From Octopus bimaculoides (Eukaryota), in the NCBI RefSeq assembly GCF_001194135.2, contig NC_068984.1:67602577-67659236 (forward strand): a stretch of 56,660 bases of DNA, written 5' to 3'. The position numbers and the translations under genes are program-made. Below are positions 37,589 through 50,076 of this stretch, one piece after another (within the stretch, counting starts at the first letter, position 1; each line of letters starts with the position of its first letter). The notes beneath the pieces were generated by a model, which saw only the letters and a list, made by a program, of their open reading frames with translations, did not search any database and had not been told where the DNA came from.

Positions 37589-38483
37589 CTATTGAAAGTA
37601 GAATCCATGATGCAATTTATTTTGCAAGGAATTTTTAACTCATGGCCCCACACAACGCTTCACTACAATATCCCCGTTGCGATATCACCGTTAGATCCAA
37701 GCAGAACTGCATCAGAGTGTTTGTAATTCTAATACTGTACGACCGTAAGCTTATAACAACCTAAGCTATACCGTATTTGAACAATACAGTTATAAGGCAA
37801 CACAAGTATGGATGTGGAGTGTATTGATCAGGATATTGAGTCATATATATGTGTGAGTGCGTGTGTGTATTTTTTGCGAATATCTCAGCGTCACGCCGAT
37901 CCAAATTCAGAGGACAATTGAAAGCTTCGAATAAAAACAAAATGAACGTGACAAATTACAAGTCAGAACACAAATATCCTTTCATCACATCTTGTCATTT
38001 TGTGATGTTCAACACCAAGGGTGTTAATTTCAATCTCCTCTTAGATTTAAACAGAAAATCTGCAAGGTAAATCTATCGATATATCAAAAATAAAACGGAT
38101 AAAGAATCAGCTTTTCGGCTGACAAAATAAGAGATATGACATAATAACGAATATCAAAGGCAATGAAAAAAAAAACCTACAAAACGGGGTACTAATTTAA
38201 GATGGCAGTTCTAAAATATGAAAACTTTGGCTGTTATTGCTAGCTGCATAAAATGATATTTTGTCAGATCCAGATTCGAAAGGTAATTATTAATGAGCAC
38301 ATTTCTCTCTTCATGCCATTCAGTATTACGTGGTCTCGGTCATTTCTTCAGAGTACGCAGCCAGTTTATATCATCACATGACCAGCTTGTCTGCTTCTCT
38401 CTCTTTCTTTCTCTCTCTTTGTCACATACATGTGTGTACGGACGCACACACAAACACACACACGCACACACAAATAGTGTTTA

Positions 38484-38942
38484 TACAGGGTGTTTCAGAA
38501 GTACTGATGCGTTTCAATTTTTAATAACTTTCTTAATTTTACAAAAAATGTTGATACAATATAAAGGACATAATGAAAATTCAATTGCACAAGTCAAATT
38601 TTGCAACACTCCTACATCACACATGAACAATGACAACTCTTAAATGGCAGCCATTTTCGGCTCCGCACGCCCAAAAATCAATAGAGAAATCAGAGAAGTA
38701 AGGTCTGAATCTCTTGAGGGCCTTATGGTGCAAGTGTTAGAAATAGCAAGAGTATACAAAGCCGAAAATGGCTGCCAATTAAGCGATGTCATTTTTCATA
38801 TGTGATGTAGGGTTGCTGCAAAATTTGACTTGGGTATATTAATTTCCATTATGTCCTTTATATTGTATCAATGCGTTTATTTATAGAGTTAAGAATGTTA
38901 TTAAAAACTGAAACCCATCAGTGACTTTTGGGACATCCTGTA
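38484..38942. mobile_element. Tc1/mariner-derived palindromic MITE (two inverted right ends)
   Basis: TA|CAGGGTGTTTCAGAAGT...ACTTTTGGGACATCCTG|TA termini with TA target duplication. The arms of about 180 bp (38484-38662 and 38760-38942) are homologous throughout. The spacer carries a degenerate P-S-R-D-S-D-L-T-S-L, compared with the transposase motif WPxRSPDLTPLDF. Confidence 0.85.
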
Positions 38943-38960
38943 TTAAGTTTAAACGTTTCT

Positions 38961-39214
38961 GACGAGCTGGCAGAATCGTTAAAATGGTGAGCTGGCAGAA
39001 TCGTTAGCACGCCGGGCAAAATATTTAGCAATGTTTGGTCTACTGCTACGTTCTGAGTTCAAATTCCGCCGAGATCGACTTCACCTTTCATCCTTTCGGC
39101 GTCGATTAAATAGGTACCAGTTATGAACTGGATTCGATGTAATCGACTTAACCCCTTTGTCTGTTCTTGTTTGCCCCCTCTATGTTTACTCACTTTTGGA
39201 CAATAAAGAAATAA
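38961..39214 (+). mobile_element. Major SINE copy with a duplicated head
   Basis: GAGCTGGCAGAATCGTTA occurs at 38964-38981 and 38989-39006, followed by the full body and AATAAAGAAATAA tail. Confidence 0.92.
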
Positions 39215-39289
39215 AAATTAATATGAATCCTGTTCTCGCCATACTTGAGGTATATTGTTGTCAAATACATCCTTTGCGAGTATGTAGAC

Positions 39290-39392
39290 ATGCACCTGTA
39301 TATGTGTGTGTACTTGTGCGTGTGTGTGCGTGTGTGTGTGTGTGTACGTGCGTGTGCGTGTTTGTGTGTCGTGCGTGTGTGTGTGTATGAAT

Positions 39393-39445
<53 letters not shown>
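39290..39445. repeat. (TG)n-(CA)n-(TA)n
   Basis: Seen directly. Confidence 0.95.
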
Positions 39446-42400
39446 CGAAGCCATATATAGTGCTACATCGATTGTTGTGTCTTCCTGTTTATGTTGTAAC
39501 GAATCCTTTCACAAATTCTATGTGGATATAGAAATTAAAAATTATAAAAATTATATTAATGAGAATAGAAATGCCGCAACGCCTACACATATTGCATTGA
39601 GTACAGTTTTCTGAAAAAATCATCGAAGAACTTAGTGATATAATATTCATGTGTATAAGTTAAATGTCCCCAATTAAAAAAAAAAGACTGCAGCCTGACG
39701 CCATAAATTACGACTGTCCTGAGTATCTAAACCATAGTAACATAAGAGACAATTCAATAAAGCTAGAAAGATAATCATCCATAACTACTGGCATACACAT
39801 TTAATCAAAGACTGTTGAATGTTTGGAAAAACCAGCTGCTGATAAATGAGTTACATAGAAGCAAAACCAATTCAAAAATACTGTAGATTTCAGTGAAGTA
39901 TAACATATCCTCCATAGTAAATATTGCTACATTAATTGATTGGTTCTGCCTTATTCATGGACTGACATGCTATTTGGTTTTTGCATTCGATTTGCAGGAT
40001 TCTCGAAATGATGTATTCGTGCGTTGAAACAGATAGATGTTAAGACGGCCATTTTACCAATAAAACACACGTATTGCTTATATCCTTTGTCTTTTTATTG
40101 CTATCTATGACATTGTATAAATGCTTTATTCTTAAGAAATGTAGCAAACATTCAATGTGAAGGAGACGTTATTATGCCAATTATTGTGTGACATGCAGGA
40201 ATTCATTTGAGAATGCCTTAACCCCATAAAAGAAAATTTAGTATAAATCAGTGATAAAAATTTTACCGGTTTCCCATTCATTGTCAAAATTTACAAAATA
40301 TCCATTCCGTCTACGAAAATGTGATCTTGAAGTAGAAATATGCATTCACACTTGACTATGCATGTAATTTTTTCGTCTATGTATGAGATATATATATATT
40401 CCATCTTATATATTTATGAACATCTATGTATATACATATATATGTACACACAGACATACACGTGTGTGTGTAGGGGTGGGGGGGGGGTAAGTACCGATAA
40501 ACAGGAAAATCACTGTATTTTCAATGCTTGCACCGGAGGATACACGAATTTTAAATAAAACGGAATGGATGCCATTATGAATTGCAGGATCCCGTTCCTT
40601 TTTTTGATATTCTTGCTTTGTAGGAAAGAACGCAGAGAGTGGTTTTGATGTCACATTGTTTGCATTGACTGCACTGAAACAAGTGGTATAATAGGGTTCT
40701 TTCTGCTTAACTAAACTGAGATCGCTGTTAATGGCATTAGTGTGTGTTTGTACAAGGTTGACGGCTTCAGGATATCAAGCAGTGTAAACGTTCCGGCACC
40801 GTATTGAAACGATTACATTAAATAAATTAAACATAGTATGACGTTTGAAGCGATATCTAAAGCGGTTAACTGTTTGGATTTGGCACTGAGACTAAACTCA
40901 AAATCCAATGTATCCTTTAAATAGCCAATCATATATTTGTACCAAAACTTCCGTTCAATGAACGTCATCAAGCATGTACCAATAAGCGTAAGCGTGAAGG
41001 TATGTCTAATGTGCACTACCATATAATATTACATACACATTAAGTACGGCATGTTACAATGACTGCAGAGTAATATAACTCAAGCAGTTAACTGATGCAA
41101 ACAAAGAATAAAGTACGTACGAATATCATGTAGGGAGTATCCTAAAACCCAGCAAGAAAATATACACTATACACTACATAATACATAATTGTAGATGTTA
41201 GTCTTTCAAAATATAATCCGTCGTGAATCGGAAAGCATTTTCTGAGCGAGTACAAGTTCCGCCAGCTGTTAACTAAGAAGAATGAACAATTGAGTTGCAG
41301 ATGTATAAAAAATATATAAAGGCCATTCACTACCACAACATTTTCCAGATAACTTGCAATTGACGAAATATAGAGCTTTGATTCTAAAACTCTGATGTTA
41401 TTATATTTTATAGTCTTCAGCAGCAACTCAGCAAATTGCTCAAGCGATCATGGAAAGCTCAATGATACTGTTGTATCGGCGCCCCCAGACGATGAAGTAG
41501 GCTAGCCCAATACGTAGATATAGAGGGAGAAGTCTAGACGTCGAGTAGTGGAGTAGAGGTTCATCCGAACGTGCGATATAACAGTGGCGACGAGGATTTC
41601 GTAGCTCACACAGCCACTGTGTGGTATTGCTATATAACATATACTAAAGCTAAATATCATTCTCCAACGGTCCTAGGAAGAAATTCACAACACAGTCTAT
41701 GTACATTTGGAAATCTCTCGACCAATGTGTACTTATCAGCATCATACATGCAGTGGCACACAATGCGCAGGTATTTAGGAAATATTTAAAGAGGCGCTGT
41801 TTATAATAACTGTCATTAATACAGAAAAAAAATAATAATTTCGATGTTCCAACACAGCCCAAATTATTCCTTGTGAGTTGTAAAATCCACTTCTTGTTAC
41901 ACGCCAATGACACCGGCAGAATTGCACTGCATAAACTCTTGGCATAACGTAATGCTATTAATTATGTTTGTTTTCAATTTACTGATATTCAGTACCTTGA
42001 GAATTCAATCGAATGGAAACAGGATTCACAGCGTAATCTGCATTTATATAACGCATACATAAACTATCAGACTCCACATACACCCAGCAGAAAACCGCAT
42101 TGAACACATTTATATTTTTAAAAGTCAGAAATACAGACACAGAGACAGTGGAACTGAAGTAGACAGACAAGCAAAGATAATATAAAGCAGTCGATTTCTA
42201 TTCTAAAATTATTCAAATTAGCATTATTCAGTCTTGCATTAAAAACATGTTTTTAAATATATTGCATGTAAACTACATTTTCTACGGCATATCTTTAAAT
42301 CTGCTATTCAGTAGAATTATTCAAATCCTAAATATATTTCATTGATTTGATTTTCTTTTAATTTTAAAAGATAAAAGAAAACAATAATCTCAGAAAACGA

Positions 42401-42594
42401 CAGAATATGATTATGTAAATACACTCATACTTATATATATTTCTGCATATCTCTCGGAGTCAATAACTTGGCTAATCATACAAAACGCAGATAACAAACC
42501 CTAAATACAGAATGTTTAAAATAAACATGATTTCATTCCTCTTAGATACATCGATCCCAATTTTAATCAAAGCATATAAGAACGATGCTACAGT

Positions 42595-42609
42595 CTATAT
42601 GTATGCTTG

Positions 42610-42657
<48 letters not shown>

Positions 42658-42780
42658 CACACATATACATGAATATATATACATCTATATATACATATAT
42701 ATATACATATATAAATATATACATATACATAAATATATACATTCATATGTCTGTATATGTGTGTATGTGTGTATCACATA
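42595..42780. repeat. (TA)/(TG)/(TACA) cluster
   Basis: Seen directly. Confidence 0.92.
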
Positions 42781-45408
42781 ATTAAACAATTTCTATTATC
42801 TAAGTTGTGTAATTACTATTTTGCTCTTGACAGTTATACTATCTGGAAAGGGAATCTTCATTTGATAAATTGATGAAAGAAGATTTATTAAAATAAACAT
42901 TAGTATACAAATCGGAGGAATCGAGTGAAAAGAGCTGATAAGAGTTTTTTTTTAACTCCCATTAAGAGAAAAATATTTAAATGAATGACAAATATTATTT
43001 CCCATTTCAATTGAATGAAGTTTTCATTTGCTTCATGATACAACCTCGTATGTTAGTGATAAAATCCTTTTGCATGCGTTGGCAAAAAGCATAGACACAG
43101 ACGTGACAATATAGTAAAGGAGCTTAGTTCACTCCAACGGGATTTCATGTTCGATCCTACTATATTTTACGTTGGAAATGAGTGTTTTTTTGCGACCGAC
43201 AGAAATGTATATATGTAATGAAAATATTTAGCAAACTAAAAAAAAACTTATCATTAGATCTATCTATCTATTTATCTATTTTTCTATTACTCTGTCTATC
43301 TAGCTACATAGCTTGCTAGCTGTGTGAGTGCGTGTGTTTGTGCGTGTGTATCTCGATTACAAAACAAAAATTAACAGGGCTTCAAATGAAGCCGTTTTAG
43401 GATAATTATCCTGCACCGAATTACATTACGCTCCTTTGACATTGTCGCTTTGAGGAATGTAATGAACCAGTGATTGGCCTGCTAGAAACCTGTAATTAAC
43501 GGCGTTATTGTCCATAAATTGCTATAGAAAATAACATATAGAAAATATAGTTAATTCGCGTCTTCGTTCTGCTAATTAGTTTTTCATATTCCTCAAAAAT
43601 GTACCACAGTCATAGTCAAAATGTCTTCTTAAATGTTTTTGTATGATTTAATGTACAAGCAGTAATGGAAACTTGTATTATATTGCATTTTAATTATGTC
43701 TAATTTCAGTAAATAAATGACATGTTATGTCGTATTAAAGTAGTATAAAATATTAAATGGGAGGAATTAATAGATAAATATAAACCTTTTAAAACGTACT
43801 TTCGTCTGATAATTTATGAAAGAAGATAATAAATATAACGACTGGGTAAACACAAATTAAATTCGGATTGCTGTAGTTTAATGTTTTATTTGTTCATTTA
43901 TGAAGAAATAATTTTCTTGAAACGTGTACGTTTTTGACTTGTGTGCAATTATACTATATTAAATTATATAGCAAACATTTCAGATATTCAGCTTCTCTGC
44001 TAGAATTCATTACTTACAGATGCAGTCTGATAGAATACTATTTTACTACATTACAATTATTTTCAGTATGATTACATTAATATGATATATTATTTGGTTG
44101 ATTAGTTGTTAGAATGATGCATTTAAGAAAGAGCAATAGTATAGAAACAGTGAATTGCTTACATTGATTTTGTTTTATCCAACTACAATATGAATAAAAT
44201 TACTTCTAGATTTCATATAATAAGTATCATATTTATACTTAGTGTTACAGATAGAGGACTGGGTATTGTCGACGTAGTGAGAAGAATTAAATGGATCGCA
44301 GGTTTCCATTTAAATCTCAGCAGTTGAGAGTGATACCATATTATATCTTAATAATGACTTAGTTAATGTAAATTCTTTATTACAATGAACAATAGTAATC
44401 ATCATAACTCAGCATTTACTCATTATTAATTAGAATACATTTTATATACAAAATTTTGCCAGTTTTTCAAACCCTGTAATTAAAACAATTTATCTATGTG
44501 ATTTATTCTTACATATGTCTTTGTACAATTTCCCGTTTATCTTCCCAGCAAGGTTTCAAAAGGGAAATCAGTTTAGAATTTAGCAAATATAACAACATTT
44601 GATGTTTCATGGAATAGCAACATTATTATCATAATAAAAGAGGACTCTGTATCAATAAATATTGATTTATATTTGAAACTGAATAATTCATATAGCTATT
44701 TTGAAGAATGGTGGTTTCATGTTTTTGAGAAAACTCCTATATTTTTGTGAGGTGCAATTGTATGTTGTAACATTTGGATATGAAATTGATTGGAACAAAA
44801 CTTTAAATCAATTCACTGTTTCATTCCATGGGTGCTTCTTGTTATAGATCCATTGACGCATTTGTGTAATAAAATATATGATTCGATATTTGAATGCGTC
44901 ATAGAATGCATATATCTCAACCCTATTACATAATATGAAATGATTTTATTTACTACCAGTACATTCATGCTAATTGTACTACATGTATTTTAGACAATAA
45001 TAAAATAGAGTTGGAAATTAAGTTATTATTCTCTCATCTTAATATGACCAACTATAGCAATCAATGAACAAATCATAGATAGCAAAGTGATATTCTGTAT
45101 AAACCGAAAGTTATAAACCTAAACAATACTCGAAGAAAATTACATTTAAATCAAATATTATCACGGTGGACTGTTACACCATGTATTTAAATCTTTAGAT
45201 TAGAGCTTTAGTTGTTTGGGATTATCATGGTTCCTGGCCATGCTAGTGCCCAGTGAAATACATCGGTACCAAACGTTAGTGACCGTATATATATATGCAT
45301 ATATATNNNNNNNNNNNNNNNNNNNNNNNNNNNNNNNNNNNNNNNNNNNNNNNNNNNNNNNNNNNNNNNNNNNNNNNNNNNNNNNATATATATATATATA
45401 TATATATA

Positions 45409-45510
45409 ATTTTTTTCTCCGTGTTTTTCTCCTTGTCTCCGTATTCTTTCTGTTGAAGAGCGTAGCTCGAAACGTCAAAGACTTTCCGTATTCCCGAGCG
45501 TCATACTAAT
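45409..45510 (+). mobile_element. Short hammerhead-bearing repeat next to a (TA)n gap
   Basis: Pyrimidine-rich leader, the hammerhead motif at 45445-45481 and a short CpG-containing tail in otherwise AT-rich DNA. Confidence 0.6.
45445..45481 (+). ncRNA. Minimal type I hammerhead ribozyme motif, A6U core variant
   Basis: TCTTT-CTGTTGA-A-GAG-CGTAG-CTC-GAAA-CG-TC-AAAGA: perfect 5-bp stem I, 3-bp stem II, palindromic ACGT stem III and GUC cleavage triplet at 45474-45476. The core reads CUGUUGA instead of CUGANGA. Confidence 0.75.
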
Positions 45511-47772
45511 AATAGTTTCAATTTTCTAAACGAAAATTTATGTAGAAACATAGTTAAATTATGTGAAGCCTAATATTTGCTGATGAGGTGATCACAATAA
45601 TAACAAGATATTTGGGTAGTTCACGAAACAACGAATGAAAATAGCCATTAAGTAATATTTTCGTTACCCATGATGAAGATTAATTAACATTTTTATGCTT
45701 CTAAGTTAGATAAATTACCTTAACATATAGCCTGAATGAAATACCTCATTGTAACTATAGCGATAGTTTTATTGGTTTTCTCATCTTTTCAATTTATTTC
45801 TTTACTTGATTCTTTAGCATTTAGCCTTGGATATCTTATAGACAGGGGAATAAGCGTAAATGCCCACGTATGCGGCGTTTGTCTTCAGAATATTTCGTAT
45901 AGTTACTGACTTCCATTGTGTCTAACCTGCTACCGATTCTAAGTCATGTCGCCATATCTGATGCAAAATATATTGGTACAACTCCACTTCTACCTTTAGG
46001 GGATATATTTTCGATAAAATCAGTCTGTCTCAAGTCAATTTTAATTTTCGACCCTGTAAAGATGAACGACAAGGCCCGTCTTAGCGGGATTTCATTGTCG
46101 GGACTAAATATGCAAAACATTTTGTCCAGCTCTGAATTGTCTTTACTTTCAGATACTTTATTTTAAATAAAATGATGAAATACTCTTTAGATTCATTTTA
46201 GGATTACGTCATATGAATTACGATGATTTAGAAATGATAACAATTCTTACAATAATAGAGATTATTCAATCTATATACAAAACAAAATACAGTTTAATGG
46301 CTATTTTAAATTATCCAGCGTATATCACATCTAGACATTATATTTTACACGCAATAACTGATTATTGATTTCATTCCGAAACAAATGAAAGCCATTTCGG
46401 AAATGACACTTTAATTGAACACTATATTTCCGTTAACATTACAAAGATAACCAGTGACATTTACTTTTAGGAAATTTGAATACAATTAAAAATACCCTCA
46501 TATACGTTGTTTAATGGCATTCTCAAAGAAATTCCTAACTTCCAATGTATGACCATTAAAATAGATACCATATATTCAAAGGACAAAATGGAGTCATTGC
46601 AGGAATGTTCCATAATAATGCACAATGCAGGAATGATCCAGGAATAATCCATTACCACATACCGATAGTAACTTTACACGTTAAATCTTTCGGATATTTT
46701 ATAGAGTTATCTAGCCTAAAAAACTGGAATTCTGTTAATCAGTTTAGTTCTAATAGTATTCCATGTCAGATTTTATTAAAATTAATGGTTTTCATATGCC
46801 GTTGTATAATTTTAATCTAAATACGCACGAAATTAAGATAACTACTTTGGACTGTACATACGAATGATTCTTAAGGTATTTCGATTTTAAATGCGTGATT
46901 TGGACAAAATTCCTAGAAACAACAATTGGATATATATATATATATATATATATATAACTATTATTATTATAATATTACTATGCATAATAGTGCGATTATA
47001 AATTTACATCTCAATATAAATTTAGATGCAGAACTTTTGAAAGAAACATATCAACGGATAACTTTTTTCACTCGAAGAAATATCCAATTGCAATGCCAAC
47101 ATGAAAATCATAGTATAAAACAAGTATATAGCCATTTCAAAATATTCAATACCGGAATCAATTTTTGAGCAACAGAAAAGCCGGTAACAAAAAGTTTAAG
47201 AAATACGATGGAGGACAATAAATAACAAATAAAGAAAAGATAGAAAAATATTGTGCAAGCAATGAGAATAGAGACGAGTGAAGGTAAAGGAGAATGAAAT
47301 CGATATTTCAATTATAGGTTCCCCAGAGCTTGTTACGAATTGAATGAATAAGTGTCTAAAAACTACGAAAGTCTCCTCTATGGAAACTACTGAATGAAAC
47401 TACAATATTGAATATTTTATTTACGGTTTTTCAACACACTTAGAAATGCAGGCTAGGATTATTCAAAATAATGCCTGCAGTTACGAAGAACTAAAATATG
47501 TAAACTGGTTATCGAAGTTGTTTGAAAGCTATGCTATGGACAACAACAAGAACTCTATGTCTTAGCTGATAATGTAACTGTTATATTGTTGTTCAGTATT
47601 TAACAGTCATATAGCTTCTGTTGCTTCTCTTGCAGGAAATATATCACCATCATTATGTGTTTTGTAACATGTCGTCTCTTATAGATATTTCCTAACCTTT
47701 GGTATTGGTTATTATCATTGTTAAAACTGTAACGTTCTTACAGAAAAGGCTAAAATTGTACCACGAAAAAGA

Positions 47773-47852
<80 letters not shown>

Positions 47853-47866
47853 TAATGATAATAATA
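47773..47866. repeat. (AAT)n microsatellite
   Basis: Seen directly. Confidence 0.98.
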
Positions 47867-48103
47867 GAAAATTGCAAAATCCTGTGGATGCAATGATCCA
47901 GTGCTATCACCCGATCAGACATCGGAAACCGGACATTGTTGTGGTGAATGAAAAAGAAAGAACATGTATGGTAATCGACATAGCATGCCCCGGTGACAAC
48001 AGGATCAATGTGAAAGAAAATGAAAAAAATAAATGAGTATGACGACTTAAACTGAGAAATACGAAGGTTGTGGTCAATAAAGAGAGTAGGTGTGATACCA
48101 ATA
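47867..48103 (+). mobile_element. R4/Dong-clade non-LTR retrotransposon fragment: restriction-like endonuclease (RLE) domain, pseudogenised
   Basis: With two frameshifts it reads ENCKILWDAMIQCYHPIRHRKPDIVVVNEKERTCMVIDIACPGDNRINVKENEKINEYDDLN*EIRRLWSIKRVGVIPI, i.e. the R-x-PD...D...E-K-x-x-x-Y RLE motifs. Confidence 0.9.
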
Positions 48104-48597
48104 TCAGCACTCTACTTCTGACATGGCTGCAACAGATTGGTGCAAGTTTGAATTGGAATCTGAATAGGAATCTGAGTGCACTCCAGCATACTGACATAAG
48201 GACCAAGAAATTGCTAACATTAACCACGATGCACCACCCAAAACCAAAATCAGGCATCCGTAGGCTTTGTCCTCCATAAAAGGAAGATAGTAGAGGCTTA
48301 ATCCAACTTGAAACGTCATATAAAATTACCACGATAGGACTCCAAGTGTACTTCCAACGTAACACCGACTGGATGATACAGCTGATAAGGCAACACAACC
48401 AGTATAAGAAACTGCACTGAATCTCAAAGGGGGCATATAAAATACAGACGAGAGGTGAACCGCCTTGATTATGATGATGATAAGGAGGACATCACATCCA
48501 CTAAGGCAGCAAAAAAGTGCAAAACAAAAGCAAAACAGGAAAGCTTGAAGGTAATATCGAGACTGCAGCAAGAAAAAAACATTGGATGGGCAATATT
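48104..48597 (+). mobile_element. R4/Dong-clade fragment: region just after the RT core (thumb/linker), pseudogenised
   Basis: Reads DIRTKKLLTLTTMHHPKPKSGIRRLCPP*KEDSRGLIQLETSYKITTIGL...QEKTLDGQY, compared with the family motifs HHPKSDxxRLYLPRxxGGRGL and KPLHGQY. Confidence 0.88.
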
Positions 48598-49330
48598 TCT
48601 TCACCTTCCCGTAATCAAGGATATTTTCTCTTTTCACCTTTTTGACTTGATGTAAGATACAAGAAACAGCAGGGTAGTTATTGGCAACAAATCTCCTCGA
48701 ACCTCAAAAAATATTCTTAGGATTCTTGCAGAATATAAGATGAGACTTTCTGCAATGTGTCGGCAATGTGAGACTCAGTTCTAATATGTTTCAGTCTTAC
48801 ATGTACCTTTTGTGTGTTGTGCCAAGATCACCAACTACCACAGAGCGTAATCGTTGTTTTAGTATTCCGCAGTCTCTCTCGTTAGATCCTGATTTCTATA
48901 TTTTTTTTCAATTTCTTTGGAATCCACTCCGTTATCATAGATGAGTGAAAAGTGTATGAACTTATACTGTCTCGTTTATTTTGCCCTTTCTAATCATATT
49001 TGCTCTTGTCGCTTCAATAGTATAGTCAGTTTTATGACAAGTCTCATAAGATCCTGAAATTCTCATTCCCTGTTACGCCCTCTCAAATTCGTTTCTATAC
49101 GACTCACTCGTTATTTCGAAGCCAGACACACGGTTAACATCACAATGCAATCTTTTAACGAAACAGTCATGTTTTCACTTATACACTTATTGTGCTTGAT
49201 TACTACACTCATTAAGAAGTTGATTGAAAATTTCGTCTCGTTTCCTAGAGATTCTATATTTGCTGTCTAAATGGGTTTCATCAATCTTGATTTGTCCATT
49301 AGCATCTTCATGCTAATGGTTTGTTCCTAA
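48598..49330 (-). mobile_element. R4/Dong-clade 3' end: degenerate CCHC zinc knuckle, RLE domain, ORF end and 3' UTR
   Basis: With frameshifts and stops the reverse complement reads KIDETHLDSKYRISRKRDEIFNQLLNECSNQAQ*VYK*KHD...KTDYTIEATRANMI...VVVGDLGT...LQKVS..SARILRIFFEV. Confidence 0.88.
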
Positions 49331-49366
49331 GCAGCTATAATTAGCACACCCGCTAATTATAGAAAG

Positions 49367-49367
49367 G

Positions 49368-49444
<77 letters not shown>

Positions 49445-49467
49445 CATCATCATCATCATTATTATTG
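49367..49467. repeat. (ATT)n/(ATC)n
   Basis: Seen directly. Confidence 0.98.
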
Positions 49468-49988
49468 AGTGGGGGTGCAGCGCATGACATCAAAGTGACA
49501 CTGGGTTACAAATATACGAAGCCCAGCATACACATCATGACTACCCGTCTAGTAGGAGTACACCGGACACATGTCTCACAACCATATCAAGATAAACTGT
49601 GCATGTCTTTGCAGGTGGGGACCAGTTAAAAGTTTCTTCAGATCGAGTAGCCCATCCAGCTCAAAAGTTCCTTGAATAACGGCTGTTTAAGGATGATGAA
49701 CAAAACACCCATGTTTCTAAAGGTGAATTATCCAAACCTCAAAGAATTCTTCTCAACATGTGGATATGATGCTCCCCCTTTATTTCTGCTTGTGATGAGA
49801 GACGCACGGATCGTCAGCCACTAACGGACATGCTCAACTGATTAAGGTCAAGCAACTGACAAGCAATTCTGTGGTACTGAGCAGAATAATTGCTGTAGCC
49901 CATCTTTTATACCAAGACAAAACAATGTACATGATAACACTTCCAATCAGGTAGGATCAGAAGCCATGAGAGCCAGTACCTGGTACTG

Positions 49989-49991
<3 letters not shown>
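49468..49991 (-). mobile_element. About 520-bp octopus-type interspersed repeat (non-autonomous retroelement or LINE UTR-like) between (ATT)n tracts
   Basis: GC-richer block bounded by microsatellites, recognised from memory as a common octopus repeat. Class and strand are uncertain. Confidence 0.5.
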
Positions 49992-50040
<49 letters not shown>

Positions 50041-50076
50041 TTTATTTTTATTATTATTATTACTACTACTACTACT
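49990..50076. repeat. (ATT)n-(ACT)n
   Basis: Seen directly. Confidence 0.97.

Noticed and set aside
41440-41790. CpG-rich, acidic-coding patch reminiscent of a piggyBac N-terminus
   Set aside because: Multiple stops, no DDD-domain sequence and no TTAA-flanked TIRs.
45579-45640. CTGATGA-GGTGA...TCAC-GAAA hammerhead-like spacing
   Set aside because: No UH after stem III and no stem I complement.
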